Shown one piece after another: positions 19,781-31,269 of a stretch of DNA of 64,000 bases (the stretch's first letter is position 1; the number at the start of each line of letters is the position of its first letter). A model generated the notes under the pieces. It did not search any database. It was not told where the DNA came from and saw nothing but the letters and a program-made list of their open reading frames with translations. The position numbers and the translations under genes were made by a program. Source of the stretch: an uncultured Actinomycetota bacterium (GTDB lineage: Bacteria; Actinomycetota; Actinomycetes; Actinomycetales; Microbacteriaceae); the NCBI GenBank assembly GCA_963790235.1, contig CAWBNZ010000018.1, positions 47,060 to 111,059 on the forward strand. The letters are read 5' to 3'.

Positions 19781-20777
19781 AGAAGCTCATCAACGACCCG
19801 GACGCCGTACTCGCCGAAGCCCTCGTGGGCGTCGCGGCGGCGCATCCGGAGCTCAAGGTCGACCACGTCAACCGCATCATCTACCGCGGCACCCCGACCC
19901 GAGCCGGCAAGGTCGCACTGATCTCGGGCGGTGGCTCCGGCCACGAGCCGCTGCACGGCGGATTCGTCGGGCTCGGGATGCTGGATGCCGCGTGCGCTGG
20001 CGAGGTGTTCACCTCACCCACACCCGACCAGATGCAGGAGGCCACGAAGGTGGCGGACTCCGGCGCCGGCGTGTTGCACATCGTGAAGAACTACACGGGC
20101 GACGTGATGAACTTCGAGATGGCGGCCGAGATGGCCGAGGCCGAGTCGGGCATCAAGGTCGGCACGATCGTCACGAACGATGACGTCGCGGTCGAGGACT
20201 CGACCTGGACCGCAGGGCGACGTGGTGTCGGCGTGACGGTGCTGCTCGAGAAGATCGTGGGAGCCGCGGCCGAGGAGGGCCGCGACCTCGACGCGCTCGT
20301 CGCGCTGTCGAACAAGGTCAACGACTCCGGGCGCTCGATGGGCATGGCGCTCACGAGCTGCACGGTGCCTGCCGCGGGCAAGCCGACCTTCGACCTGCCG
20401 GACGACATGATGGAGATCGGCGTAGGCATCCACGGCGAACCCGGCCGGCACCGCGTGCCGCTCGCGGGCGCCCGGGAGATCGCCGAGATGCTCGTCGAAC
20501 CGATCCTCGCCGACCTCAAGGTCAAGGGCTCGCCCTCGATCGTTATGCTCAACGGGATGGGCGGCACCCCGCTCATCGAGCTGTACCTCATGTACGGCGA
20601 GGTGTTCGAAGCTTGCTCGAGAAGGCCGGCGTGAAGGTCGCCCGCAATCTCGTCGGCAACTACATCACCTCGCTCGACATGGCGGGCTGCTCGGTCACCG
20701 TGCTCAAGGCGGATGACGAGCTGCTGAAGCTCTGGGACGCGCCGGTGAACACCGCCGGCCTTCGCTGGGGAGCATAG
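19777..20777 (+). CDS. dhaK: Dihydroxyacetone kinase subunit DhaK (frameshift near 20615)
   Basis: MKKLINDP, SGGGSGHEPLHGGFVG, KNYTGDVMNF, GIHGEPG, GNYITSLDMAG. Confidence 0.95.
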
Positions 20778-20779
20778 GA

Positions 20780-21433
20780 ATGACCGACGGCACCGTGACC
20801 CTCGATGGGATCGTGAGCTGGCTCGCCCGGTTCCGTGACCTCGTGACCGAGCAGCGCGCCGAACTGACCGAGCTCGACTCGGCCATCGGCGACGCCGACC
20901 ATGGCGCGAACATGACCCGCGGGATGACCGCGGTCATGGAGAAGATCGGTGCCGGGGAGATCGGTGCCGCACCACCCGCTGGCACCGCCGACGAGTTGTT
21001 CAAGTCGGTCGGCATGACGCTCGTGACCTCGGTCGGCGGCGCCAGCGGTCCTCTGTACGGCACGTTCTTCCTGCGGATGGGAATGAACGCCGGTGCCGTG
21101 CAGGAACTCGACGCCGTGGCTTTCGGCGCGGCGCTGCGCGCTGGTCTGGACGGCGTCGTCGCCCGCGGCAAGGCGGAGGCGGGGGACAAGACCATGTACG
21201 ACGCGATGGCGCCAGCGATCGATGCGTGGGATGCAGCGGCCGGGGACGGGCCCGCCGCTGCATCCCTCGCAGCCTTCGCCGCCGCGCAGGCCGGGCGCGA
21301 CGCCACCATCCCACTCGTCGCCCGCAAGGGTCGCGCGAGCTACCTCGGTGAGCGCAGCGCCGGTCACCTCGACCCGGGCGCAACCTCGACGGCGCTGCTG
21401 TTCGAGGCGCTCGCCGACACGCTCAAGGGGTAG
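20780..21433 (+). CDS. dhaL: Dihydroxyacetone kinase subunit DhaL
   Basis: LTELDSAIGDADHGANM, GGASGPLYG, GDKTMYD, ARKGRASYLGERSAGHLDPGA. Confidence 0.96.
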   Translation: MTDGTVTLDGIVSWLARFRDLVTEQRAELTELDSAIGDADHGANMTRGMTAVMEKIGAGEIGAAPPAGTADELFKSVGMTLVTSVGGASGPLYGTFFLRMGMNAGAVQELDAVAFGAALRAGLDGVVARGKAEAGDKTMYDAMAPAIDAWDAAAGDGPAAASLAAFAAAQAGRDATIPLVARKGRASYLGERSAGHLDPGATSTALLFEALADTLKG

Positions 21434-22155
21434 TGGTGATCGGAATCGTCGTCGTGTCGCACAGCCCACGACTGGCCGAGGCCGCCGTCGAGCTCGCGCT
21501 CGAGATGGTCGGGGGCGCGCCGCCGCCCATCGCGATCGCCGCCGGCGCCGGCGAGGGCGTGATCGGCACGGATGCCACGAAGGTCGCGACCGCGATCGAC
21601 GAGGTCGACTCGGTCGACGGAGTGCTCGTGTTCATGGACCTCGGCTCGGCGGTGCTGAGCGCGACCATGGCACTCGAGTTCATCGCGCACCGCCCGAGCG
21701 TTCGGTTGTCTGCCGCGCCGTTCGTCGAGGGCATCATCGCCGCGGTCGTGCTCGCGGCAGCCGGAGCGAGCATCGAGGAGGTCGAGCGGGAGGCCGCGCT
21801 GGCGCTCGAGTCGAAACGGAGCCAGCTCGGGCACGAGCCGACGGTCGCCGCCGATGCCGCCCAGGTCGGCCAGGCGGCGGAGTCCGCCGAGTTCGTCCTC
21901 ATCAACCCGGACGGGCTGCACTCGCGGCCCGCTGCGGCGATCGTCACGGCCGTCGCCGCGTTCGACGCGGATGTGACCGTCGCGAATGTCACCAACGGCA
22001 AAGGACCGGTGCCAGCGCGCAGCCTCATGGGCATCATGTCGCTCGGGGCGACGCAGGGTGACACCGTGCGATTCGCGGCGTCGGGGGTCGACGCTGCCCG
22101 CGCGGTCGCCGAGCTCGGCGCGATGTCCGCTGACGGCTTCGGCGAACTCGCCTGA
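21433..22155 (+). CDS. dhaM: DhaM phosphotransferase (EIIA-Man domain fused to HPr)
   Basis: IGIVVVSHS, MDLGSAVLS, APFVEG followed by HPr motif NPDGLHSRPAA and ARSLMGIMSLG. Confidence 0.92.
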   Translation: MVIGIVVVSHSPRLAEAAVELALEMVGGAPPPIAIAAGAGEGVIGTDATKVATAIDEVDSVDGVLVFMDLGSAVLSATMALEFIAHRPSVRLSAAPFVEGIIAAVVLAAAGASIEEVEREAALALESKRSQLGHEPTVAADAAQVGQAAESAEFVLINPDGLHSRPAAAIVTAVAAFDADVTVANVTNGKGPVPARSLMGIMSLGATQGDTVRFAASGVDAARAVAELGAMSADGFGELA

Positions 22156-22218
22156 GGCGATCCCGGTCGGCGCGCGCGGTGCGTTCCGGCGTGCGAGGTG
22201 GTCGGGTACGTTAGCGGC

Positions 22219-22830
22219 ATGACCGAGCCAGCCCAGCCGGAGTCTGCTCACCCCGAGCCCCCGCTCGCGCACGCAGTCTCGCGCCTTCCCGCGTTCCTGC
22301 ACAAGTTCGTCACTCCAGAGGCGGTGTACGGACTCGTCCTCTACGCGGCCATCGTCGCCGCCGCGTCCGACGAAGCCGAGAACGCAGCGGAGGGTGACGG
22401 TGCGTCGCTGAACTGGAACGAAGCGACGATCACGATCTCCGACGCGGCCGGGGTGCTCATCTGGGTCGTGCTGGCGATGATCGTGTTCTGGGGCGCGCAC
22501 GTCTTCGCGCACGCGGTTGCCGGCCACGGAGTGCACAACGGTCGGCCGGTGACCGTCGCCAAGGCGACCTCGATGGCGTTCCAGCACTCGTCCGGGATGC
22601 TCTACGCGCCCGTTCTTCCCACGCTCGTGCTGCTGTTCGGGGCACTCGCCATCATCCCCGACGACGTCGCGATCGAGGCGACCTTGTGGGTCTCGGTCGG
22701 CTTGCTCGGCCTCCTCGGATTCCTCGCGTTCGTCGCGAAGCGCTCGTCGTTGATCATCAGCATCCTCGGCGGACTCGCGACCGCAGTGCTCGGACTGCTG
22801 ATCATTCTGCTCAACGCCGTGATGCACTGA
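22219..22830 (+). CDS. Hypothetical integral membrane protein
   Basis: AVYGLVLYAAIV, VFWGAHVFAH, about 5 TM helices; coding-like codon usage. Confidence 0.7.
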   Translation: MTEPAQPESAHPEPPLAHAVSRLPAFLHKFVTPEAVYGLVLYAAIVAAASDEAENAAEGDGASLNWNEATITISDAAGVLIWVVLAMIVFWGAHVFAHAVAGHGVHNGRPVTVAKATSMAFQHSSGMLYAPVLPTLVLLFGALAIIPDDVAIEATLWVSVGLLGLLGFLAFVAKRSSLIISILGGLATAVLGLLIILLNAVMH

Positions 22831-22845
22831 GGTCGCGCCCACCCG

Positions 22846-24048
22846 ATGAACCGCTCCCTCACTGCACTCTTCTCCGCTGCAGAAGCGCTGCTCGTCGCCG
22901 CGATCGGCATCGCCATCACCCTCGTGCCGCTCACGGTGCTGTGGGGTGCGCAGTTCGGGTTCGCGCCAGACTGGGCGATCTTCTGGCGCGCATCGGTCGA
23001 CCTCTGGCTCGTCGGGCACGGCGTCAACATCATGTTCACGCTCGATCCGGCGCTCGCGGCATCCCTGGCGCTGCCGGGCTCCGAGGCGCCGGTCGTGATC
23101 ACGATCGCGCTGCTTGGATTCGCGGTGCTGACCGTGCTGCTCGCGGTGCGCGCCGGCCGCCGGATCGCCGAGACGAAGCACCGCGTGCTCGGCGAGCTCG
23201 TGGCGATCGCGGTGTTCGCGGCCATCTCGCTCGGCCTGACGCTGTCGACGCTTCATCCGTCGGCGCAGCCGTCGCTCTGGCAGGGGATCGTGCTGCCGAC
23301 GGCGACGTTCGCGCTCGGCATCCTGATCGGCGTGCGTCGAACACGAGACCTGCTGGATGATCGCTCGGGCCTCATTCGCGACCGCTTCTCCACGTGGCCC
23401 TCGAGCGTGCGCGCCGTCGTGTTCACCGCGGCGCGTGGCGGCGCGGCGGCGGCGGCCGGAGTCATCGCGCTCGCGGCCCTCGCGACCTGCATCGCCCTCG
23501 TCGCCGGGTTCGCCCGGATCATCACGCTGTACGAGAGCCTGCACACGGAGCTGCTTGGCGGCGTCGCGGTGACCCTCGGACAGCTCGCGCTGCTGCCGAA
23601 CGTCGTGGTGTGGTGCATGTCGTGGCTCGTCGGTCCGGGGTTCGCGATCGGCACGGGCTCAGCCGTGAGTCCGCTCGGCACCCACCTCGGCCCACTGCCG
23701 TCGATCCCGATGCTCGGCGCGCTGCCCGAGGGCGACCTGCCGTTCGGTTTCGCAGGGCTCGTGGTGCCGGTGGCGACCGGATTCCTGGTCGCCGCCCTCT
23801 TCGGCCCCCGCCTTCGGCGGTCACTGCAGGGTGACCCGTCGGTGCTCATGCTCGTCACCGGCCTCGGCATGGGGGTGGTCGGCGGCGTGCTCCTCGGGCT
23901 CCTCGCGTGGTGGTCGAGCGGCGCGGCCGGCCCCGGGAGACTCGTGGATGTCGGCCCCGACCCGGTGGCGGTGGGGGCGCTTGCGGCGCTCGAACTCGGC
24001 GTCGGCGCGGTGGCCGGGCTCGCGGCATCCAGTCGTCAACGGCGGTAG
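22846..24048 (+). CDS. DUF6350/PerM-like cell division membrane protein
   Basis: WLVGHGV, QLALLPNVVVW..SWLVGPGFAIGTGS.VSP, LPSIPMLGALP, GAAGPGRL..VGP; conserved position upstream of purN. Confidence 0.85.
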   Translation: MNRSLTALFSAAEALLVAAIGIAITLVPLTVLWGAQFGFAPDWAIFWRASVDLWLVGHGVNIMFTLDPALAASLALPGSEAPVVITIALLGFAVLTVLLAVRAGRRIAETKHRVLGELVAIAVFAAISLGLTLSTLHPSAQPSLWQGIVLPTATFALGILIGVRRTRDLLDDRSGLIRDRFSTWPSSVRAVVFTAARGGAAAAAGVIALAALATCIALVAGFARIITLYESLHTELLGGVAVTLGQLALLPNVVVWCMSWLVGPGFAIGTGSAVSPLGTHLGPLPSIPMLGALPEGDLPFGFAGLVVPVATGFLVAALFGPRLRRSLQGDPSVLMLVTGLGMGVVGGVLLGLLAWWSSGAAGPGRLVDVGPDPVAVGALAALELGVGAVAGLAASSRQRR

Positions 24049-24100
24049 CGCCGAGAGCGGTGCCGCGAGAGCCGTGACCTCGCGGCGGTAGGCTCGTTGG

Positions 24101-24709
24101 GTGCTGAACCTCGTCGTGCTGATCTCGGGCGGCGGCTCAGGTCTGCGGGCGCTGCTCGAGGCGTCCGAGGATGCGGAGTTTCCCGCTCGCGTCGTCGCGG
24201 TCGGTGCCGACCGCCCGGCTGACGGGTTCGAGCACGCCGAGGCGTACGGCGTGCCGACGTTCTCCGCAGCCCTGACGAGCTTTCCCGATCGGGAGTCGTG
24301 GGGTGACTCGATGCTTGAGCAGATCCAGCAGTGGCAGCCCGATCTCGTCGTGCTGTCCGGCTTCATGAAGCTGTTCCCGCCGCGCGTGGTCGGTGCGCTC
24401 TCGCCGAACCTGATCAACACGCATCCCGCGTACCTGCCGGAGTTTCCCGGCGCGCACGCCGTGCGCGATGCGATCGAAGCCGGCGTCACCGAGACGGGTG
24501 CGAGCGTGATCATTGTCGACAACGGCATCGACTCCGGCCCGGTGATCGCGCAGGAGCGCGTGCCCGTGCTGCCCGGCGACACCGAGGCGAGCCTGCACGA
24601 GCGCATCAAGCCCGTCGAGCGCCGACTGCTCGAGCGGGTCATCCTCGACATCGCCAACGGAACCATCGACCTCGCGACCCTCGCCCGAACCTCTGAAGGA
24701 CACGCATGA
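24101..24709 (+). CDS. purN: Phosphoribosylglycinamide formyltransferase
   Basis: [47 protein letters not shown]. Confidence 0.96.
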   Translation: MLNLVVLISGGGSGLRALLEASEDAEFPARVVAVGADRPADGFEHAEAYGVPTFSAALTSFPDRESWGDSMLEQIQQWQPDLVVLSGFMKLFPPRVVGALSPNLINTHPAYLPEFPGAHAVRDAIEAGVTETGASVIIVDNGIDSGPVIAQERVPVLPGDTEASLHERIKPVERRLLERVILDIANGTIDLATLARTSEGHA

Positions 24710-26310
24710 GCGGACCGACCATCGACCCATCCCTCTACCGTGAGCGTGACGCCATCCCGATCCGCCGCGCGCTCATTTCGGTGAGCGACAAGACCGGACT
24801 GGTCGAACTCGCGGCGGCGCTCGTCAAGGCCGACGTCGAGATCGTGTCCACCGGATCCACGGCCAAGACGATCCGGGATGCCGGACTCGCGGTCACCGAC
24901 GTCGCCACCGTGACCGGCTTCGCCGAGGCACTCGACGGCCGGGTGCGAACGCTGCACCCCGCCATCCACTCCGGACTCCTCGCGGACCTTCGGCTCGAGT
25001 CCCACGAGCGCGAGCTCGCAGGGCTCGGCTACGCGCCGTTCGAGCTCGTCGTCTCCAACCTCTACCCGTTCGTCGAGACGGTCGCCTCGGGCGCCGCCGA
25101 CGACGCGATCGTCGACCAGATCGACATCGGCGGCCCCGCGCTGACGCGCGCGGCGGCCAAGAACCACGCGAACGTCGCGATCGTGACGAGCCCCGCGAGC
25201 TACCAGCAGATCCACAAGTGCCTCTCGATCGGCGGCACGACGCTCGCCCAGCGGCGGCGGCTCGCGGCCGAGGCGTTCGCGCACACCGCGGCGTACGACA
25301 CGGCCGTCGCATCCTGGTTCTCGAAGTGGAGCCCCGCTGGCGTCCAGGAACACGACGAGGTCACCGACACCCTCACGATCGAGGCGCAGCTCAAGCAGTC
25401 GCTGCGCTACGGCGAGAACGCACACCAGCCCGCCGCGCTCTACGTGCTTCCGGATGGGCACGGCATCGCGCAGGCGACCCAGCTGCACGGCAAGGAGATG
25501 TCGTACAACAACTTCGTGGATGCCGACGCCGCCGTGCGCGCCGCCTACGACTTCGACGAACCAGCCGTCGCCATCATCAAGCACGCGAACCCGTGCGGAA
25601 TCGCCGTCGCGCGTGGCGCGGGCGATCCCATCGCATCCGCCCACGCCAGGGCGCACGCGTGCGACCCGGTCTCGGCATTCGGCGGCGTGATCGCGGCCAA
25701 TCGCCCGATCACCCTGGCTGCCGCGGAATCCATGCAGGAGATCTTCACCGAGGTGATCGTCGCGCCCGACTTCGACGACGATGCCATCGCGCTGCTGACG
25801 ACCAAGAAGAACGTGCGGCTGCTCAAGCTGCCGGCCGGCTACGGCCCGACCGTCGAGGAGTTCAAGCAGGTGTCGGGCGGCCTCCTCGTGCAGCAGGCCG
25901 ACTCGTTCGCCGGGTTCAGCTCGGAGGGCTGGGCGCTCGTGTCGGGCGACGAGGCGGATGACCCCACGCGCGCCGACCTCGAGTTCGCGTGGCGCGCGAT
26001 CCGCGCCGTGAAGTCGAACGCGATCCTGCTGGCCGACGACGGCGCGGCCGTCGGCGTTGGCATGGGCCAGGTCAACCGCGTGGACTCGTGCGACCTCGCG
26101 GTCAAGCGCGCCGGCGATCGTGCGCAGGGGAGTGTTGCCGCGAGCGATGCGTTCTTCCCGTTCGCCGACGGGCTCGAGATCCTCGTTGCCGCGGGCGTGC
26201 GCGCGGTCGTGCAGCCCGGCGGATCGGTTCGGGACGAAGAGGTCATCGCTGCAGCGCAGAAGGCCGGCGTCACGATGTACTTCACTGGCGAGAGGCACTT
26301 CTATCACTAG
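24706..26310 (+). CDS. purH: Bifunctional AICAR transformylase/IMP cyclohydrolase
   Basis: [64 protein letters not shown]. Confidence 0.98.
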   Translation: MSGPTIDPSLYRERDAIPIRRALISVSDKTGLVELAAALVKADVEIVSTGSTAKTIRDAGLAVTDVATVTGFAEALDGRVRTLHPAIHSGLLADLRLESHERELAGLGYAPFELVVSNLYPFVETVASGAADDAIVDQIDIGGPALTRAAAKNHANVAIVTSPASYQQIHKCLSIGGTTLAQRRRLAAEAFAHTAAYDTAVASWFSKWSPAGVQEHDEVTDTLTIEAQLKQSLRYGENAHQPAALYVLPDGHGIAQATQLHGKEMSYNNFVDADAAVRAAYDFDEPAVAIIKHANPCGIAVARGAGDPIASAHARAHACDPVSAFGGVIAANRPITLAAAESMQEIFTEVIVAPDFDDDAIALLTTKKNVRLLKLPAGYGPTVEEFKQVSGGLLVQQADSFAGFSSEGWALVSGDEADDPTRADLEFAWRAIRAVKSNAILLADDGAAVGVGMGQVNRVDSCDLAVKRAGDRAQGSVAASDAFFPFADGLEILVAAGVRAVVQPGGSVRDEEVIAAAQKAGVTMYFTGERHFYH

Positions 26311-26314
26311 GCCA

Positions 26315-27067
26315 GTGGCGCTCGTGCGGCGCACCTCATCGCGCCTTGCCGAGGGCGAATTGACGCACATCGATCGCGTCGCGGTGGACATCGACCTCGC
26401 GCGGCGCCAGTGGGACGACTACGTGTCGGCACTCGAAGCCAACGGATTCCCGGTGGTCGAGGTCGACGCATCCGACGACCATGCAGACTCCGTCTTCATC
26501 GAGGATGCCGTCGTCGTGTTCGGCGACCTCGCCGTGCTCACGAGCCCCGGCGCCGAATCCCGTCGCGGCGAGACGGATGCCGTGCGCCCGGCCATCGAGC
26601 GCCTCGGCCTCGAGGTCGCCACGATCGAACTCCCCGGCACGCTCGACGGCGGGGACGTGCTCAAGGTCGGCACTCGCGTGTACGTCGGCCTCGGCAGTCG
26701 CACCAACGCCCACGGCATCGAGCAGCTGCGCCGCATCATTGCGCCGCGCGGGTACAACGTGGTCGCGGTGCCGGTGACCAGGGCACTGCACCTCAAGAGC
26801 GCCGTGACTGCGCTGCCGGATGGCACGGTGATCGGGCATCCAGACCTCGTCGACCACCCAGAGGTCTTCGATCGCTACCTGCCTGTGCCGGAGCACGAGG
26901 GTGTCGCGGTCGTCGTGCTCGACGACACGTCGGTGCTCATGTCGTCGGCGGCACCGGAATCCACGCGCATCTTCGAGGGCCTCGGCTACCGTGTCGTCAC
27001 GGTCGGCATCTCCGAGTTCGAGAAGCTCGAGGGCTGCGTCACGTGCCTCTCGGTTCGGGTTCGCTAG
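26315..27067 (+). CDS. ddaH: Dimethylargininase (DDAH, amidinotransferase family)
   Basis: ALVRRTSSRLAEGELTH, DSVFIED, SRRGE, LDGGDVL, LHLKS, SEFEKLEGCVTCLSV. Confidence 0.9.
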   Translation: MALVRRTSSRLAEGELTHIDRVAVDIDLARRQWDDYVSALEANGFPVVEVDASDDHADSVFIEDAVVVFGDLAVLTSPGAESRRGETDAVRPAIERLGLEVATIELPGTLDGGDVLKVGTRVYVGLGSRTNAHGIEQLRRIIAPRGYNVVAVPVTRALHLKSAVTALPDGTVIGHPDLVDHPEVFDRYLPVPEHEGVAVVVLDDTSVLMSSAAPESTRIFEGLGYRVVTVGISEFEKLEGCVTCLSVRVR

Positions 27068-27189
27068 CGAATTCGGGATTGATTCCGCCGAACTCTTGAT
27101 CGCGATCGCGAAGCGGGTCTAGTCTGGAAGGCTGTCCCAAGCGCCCAGACAGCCCACAGCATCCACCACCACTCGTTCCGGAAACAGGC

Positions 27190-29001
27190 ATGTCCGACGC
27201 CATCAAGACCGATTCCCCTCGCCTTTCGACCTTCCGCGCGATCGCGCGAATCTACCCGTACGCCAAGCCGGCGATGCCCAGGATCTACCTCGGCATGGTC
27301 GCGGCGCTGCTCTCGGGCATCGTCGCGCTGCTCATCCCGCAGGTGCTCGGGATGCTCGTCGACGGTCCATTGAGCACCGGCGACCTCGCCCAGATCTGGC
27401 CGGCATTCTTCCTCGTGCTCGGGCTGGGCATCCTCGAGGCGATCATGATCGCGCTGCGGCGTTGGTTCGTGCTCGTGCCCGGAACGTTCGTCGAGTCGCG
27501 CATGCGCAACTCGATCTACAAGCAGCTGCAGGAGCTGCCGGTGAGCTTCCACGACCGCTGGCCGAGCGGCCAGCTGCTGTCGCGCATGCTGAGCGACCTC
27601 AACCTCATCCGCCGCTGGATCTCGTTCGGCCTCGTGCTGTTCGTGGTGAACATCATCACGATCCTGATCGGCTTCGTCTTCCTGCTGCAGATCAACTGGA
27701 TGCTCGGCGTCATGTTCATCGTGCTGTCGATCCCGCTGTGGATCATCGGCTACCAGTTCGAGAAGCGGTATTCGGTGGTGGCGCGCCGCAGCCAGGACCA
27801 GGCCGGCGACCTCGCGACGACCGTCGAGGAGTCGGTGCACGGCATCCGCGTGCTCAAGGCGTTCGGCCGCGGCAAGCACGCGCTGGCGAACTTCGCGAGT
27901 CAGGCCGAGGAGCTTCGCGGCACCGAGATCGAGAAGGCGCGGGCGATCGCCGGCCTCTGGCTCTGGCTGCTGCTGGTGCCCGACGTGATCTTCGCAATCA
28001 GCCTCCTGGCTGGAGTGCTGCTCGCCGTGAACGAGCAGATTTCGATCGGCGACCTCGCGGCGTACTTCGCGACCGCGACCGTGCTGCGCTGGCCGGTGGA
28101 ATCGATCGGGTTCCTGCTCGCGATGACCTTCGACACGCGAACGGCCGCCGACCGTTTCTTCGAGGTGATGGACGAGAAGAACACCATCGTCGACCCCGCC
28201 GAGCCGAAGACCGTAGCCGACGCCAAGGGCCGGCTGGTCTTCGAGGATGTGCACTTCCGCTACCAGGATTCCCCAGAGCGCGTGCCCGACCTCATCGACG
28301 GCGTCGACCTCACCATCGAGCCCGGCGAGACCATGGCGCTCGTCGGCCTCACCGGCTCCGGCAAGTCGACGATCACCGCGCTCACCACGCGGCTGTACGA
28401 CGTGACTGGCGGACGCATCACCGTGGATGGCGTCGACGTCCGCGACCTGACCCTCAGCGAACTGCGCACTCACCTTGCGATGGCATTCGAGGATGCGACG
28501 CTGTTCTCCGACACCGTGCGCAACAACGTGCTGCTCGGCCGCCCGGATGCCACCGAGGACGATCTCGCGGAAGCTCTCGACATCGCGCAGGCCGCGTTCG
28601 TGTACGAGCTGCCCGACGGACTCGACACCAAGGTGGGCGAGGAGGGCCTCAGCCTGTCGGGCGGACAGCGCCAGCGGCTCGCACTCGCGCGCGCCGTCGC
28701 GGCCCGCCCCGAGGTGCTCGTGCTCGACGATCCACTGTCGGCGCTCGACGTCGACACCGAGGCGCTCGTGGAGGCTGCGTTGCGGCGCGTGCTGACCACC
28801 ACGACTGCGCTGATCGTCGCGCACCGGCCATCCACGGTCATGCTCGCCGACCGGGTCGCGCTGCTCGAGGGCGGCAAGGTCACGGCGGTCGGCAAGCACT
28901 CAGACCTGCTCGCCTCGAGCGAGCACTACCGGTTCGTCATCTCGTCACTCGAGGACGAGGAACTCCGAGAACGACGCGAACGAGCGGAGGACAGCGAATG
29001 A
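27190..29001 (+). CDS. ABC exporter, fused TMD-NBD subunit 1 (heterodimeric multidrug type)
   Basis: TMD plus [28 protein letters not shown] (degenerate Walker B), AHRPST. Confidence 0.93.
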   Translation: MSDAIKTDSPRLSTFRAIARIYPYAKPAMPRIYLGMVAALLSGIVALLIPQVLGMLVDGPLSTGDLAQIWPAFFLVLGLGILEAIMIALRRWFVLVPGTFVESRMRNSIYKQLQELPVSFHDRWPSGQLLSRMLSDLNLIRRWISFGLVLFVVNIITILIGFVFLLQINWMLGVMFIVLSIPLWIIGYQFEKRYSVVARRSQDQAGDLATTVEESVHGIRVLKAFGRGKHALANFASQAEELRGTEIEKARAIAGLWLWLLLVPDVIFAISLLAGVLLAVNEQISIGDLAAYFATATVLRWPVESIGFLLAMTFDTRTAADRFFEVMDEKNTIVDPAEPKTVADAKGRLVFEDVHFRYQDSPERVPDLIDGVDLTIEPGETMALVGLTGSGKSTITALTTRLYDVTGGRITVDGVDVRDLTLSELRTHLAMAFEDATLFSDTVRNNVLLGRPDATEDDLAEALDIAQAAFVYELPDGLDTKVGEEGLSLSGGQRQRLALARAVAARPEVLVLDDPLSALDVDTEALVEAALRRVLTTTTALIVAHRPSTVMLADRVALLEGGKVTAVGKHSDLLASSEHYRFVISSLEDEELRERRERAEDSE

Positions 29002-30808
29002 GCGTCGCAGGCGTCGAAGGCGAAGAGCGCAACGACTACACCAAGGCGGAGAGCCGCCAGATCCGGCAGCGCTCGCTGCGGCTGCTCAGATCGCTGGCCA
29101 AGCCGGTGCGCGCCCGGATCATCCTGACGATCGTCGTCGTCGTGATCAGCACGGCGCTGCTGGTCACCGGGCCGGCCCTGATCGCCCTCGGGATCAAGGA
29201 CGGATTGCCCGGCGCTGCGCGACAACGCGGACTGGCTGCCGCTCGTTTCCATCGTCGTGGCGTATCTCGTCGCGAGTGTCGGCGGCGCCGTGCTCATCTC
29301 GCGGTACACGGTGCTGACCGCGCGGGTGACGCAGGCCATCCTGATCGACCTGCGCAAGCGGGTCTTCCTGCACACACAGCGGTTGAGTCTCGAGTTCCAC
29401 GAGCAGTACACCTCCGGGCGGATCATCGCGCGGCAGACCAGCGACCTCGACTCGATCCGCGAGTTCCTCGATTCGGGCCTCAACCAGCTCGTGCAGGGCG
29501 TGCTGTTCATGAGCTTCGTGGGCATCGCGCTCGTGTCGCTCGACTGGCAGTCGGGCCTCATCCTGCTCGGTTTCCTCATGCCGCTCGGGGTGCTCACGCG
29601 CTGGTTCCAGGTGAAGTCGCAGTACTACTTCCGCGAGACCCGCACGGCCTCCGCGAAGCTCATCGTGCACTTCGTCGAGACCATGACGGGCATCCGCGCG
29701 GTCAAGGCGTTCCGCAAGGAGCCGCGCAACGAGGTCGAGTTCGCCGGTCACGTGGAGCGGTACCGGGATGCCAACAGCCGCGTCATCCAGCTGTTCGGAA
29801 CGTTCGACCCGGGACTCGTGCTCATCGGCAACGTCGCGCTCGCGACGTGCTGCTCGTCGCTCGGCTTCCGGATCGCGGAAGGCTCGGTCGAGGTCGGCAT
29901 CCTGCATCGGAGCACTGCTCTACACGCGGCAGTTCTTCGGACCGGCGCAGGAGCTCGCGATGTTCTACAACTCGTACCAGTCGGCTGCCGCGGCGCTCGA
30001 GAAGATCTCGGGCGTGCTCGAGGAGAAGCCGAGCGTGCCAGACCCGACCCGGCCGATCGACCTGCGGCGCGCGCTCGGCGAGGTGAACTTCGACGGGGTC
30101 GAGTTCGCCTACAAGGCCGACCGGGTCGTGCTGCCCGAGTTCACGCTGAACATCCCCGCCGGCCAGACGATCGCGCTCGTCGGCTCGACCGGTGCGGGCA
30201 AGTCGACGCTCGCGAAGCTCATCTCGCGCTTCTACGACCCGTCGCAGGGCACGGTCTCGCTCGACGGCGTCGACCTGCGCAAGCTGCACCCGAAGGACCT
30301 GCGCCGCGCGATCGTGATGGTGACCCAGGAGGCGTACCTGTTCTCCGGCACGGTCGCCGACAACATCGCGCTCGGCAAGCCGGAGGCGACTCGCGACGAG
30401 ATCGTGCGCGCCGCGAAGGCGGTCGGAGCCGACACGTTCATCGAGTCGCTGCCGAACGGCTACGACACCGATGTGAACAAGCGCGGCGGCCGGGTCTCGG
30501 CGGGGCAGCGGCAGCTGCTCTCGTTCGCGCGCGCGTTCATCGCCGACCCGGTGGTGCTCATCCTGGATGAGGCGACCGCGTCGCTCGACATCCCGAGCGA
30601 GCGTCTCGTGCAGGAGGGACTGCAGACGCTGCTCGCCGACCGCACGGCCGTCATCATCGCGCACCGCCTGTCGACGGTCGCGATCGCCGACCGAGTGCTC
30701 GTCATGGAGCACGGACGGATCGTCGAGGATGGCACGCCACGCGACCTCATCGCCGGCACGGGCCGGTTCGCGCAGCTGCACGCCGCGTGGCGGGACAGCC
30801 TGGTCTAG
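28998..30808 (+). CDS. ABC exporter, fused TMD-NBD subunit 2 (frameshifts near 29215 and 29850-29910)
   Basis: TMD plus [32 protein letters not shown]; ATGA overlap with subunit 1. Confidence 0.9.
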
Positions 30809-30812
30809 GTCG

Positions 30813-31167
30813 CTACGCGCGCGTCCGGAGCCGAGGTACTCGCCGTGCGGTCTCGCGCGAGATCGCGCGGGATCGAGCAGCTCGACGAAGATCGCCTTCG
30901 TCGCCGTTCGCCGATGTTCTCGCCGGCGTGCGTCTGCGCCGGCAGCCAGCGCGCGGCGCCCGCGGGCAGTTCGAGGTCGATCGACCGGTCTCCCGTCGAG
31001 AGCCGACGGGAGAAGGACGACAGGCGTGACCATGACGCTGTCCGGGTGATCGTGCGGCTCCGTGCGATCGCCGCGGCACGTCGTCGTACTCGAGCACTCG
31101 CACGCGCTCGTTCTCGAACAGCACGCGATAGTGCGTCCGGATTCGTCTCGACCGGATCGTTCGTCAT
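30813..31167 (-). CDS. Small cupin-domain protein (several frameshifts)
   Basis: MTNDPVETNPD / LFENERVRVLEY / PHDHPDSVMVT / LSSFSRRL...WLPAQTHAGENIG spread over three frames. Confidence 0.7.
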
Positions 31168-31269
31168 CTCCCGCAGAATAGTCCGGTCGAGCCCCGATGT
31201 CGAGAACCGCCGCCGGTTCCGACTCATCTCCGAAGCTGCCAGAGTGGCAGACGACGAAAGGAAACACTC

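Noticed and set aside
24049-24100. ZTP (pfl) riboswitch upstream of purN/purH or purU
   Set aside because: Intergenic gaps are about 50 nt with leaderless-type starts; no room or motif
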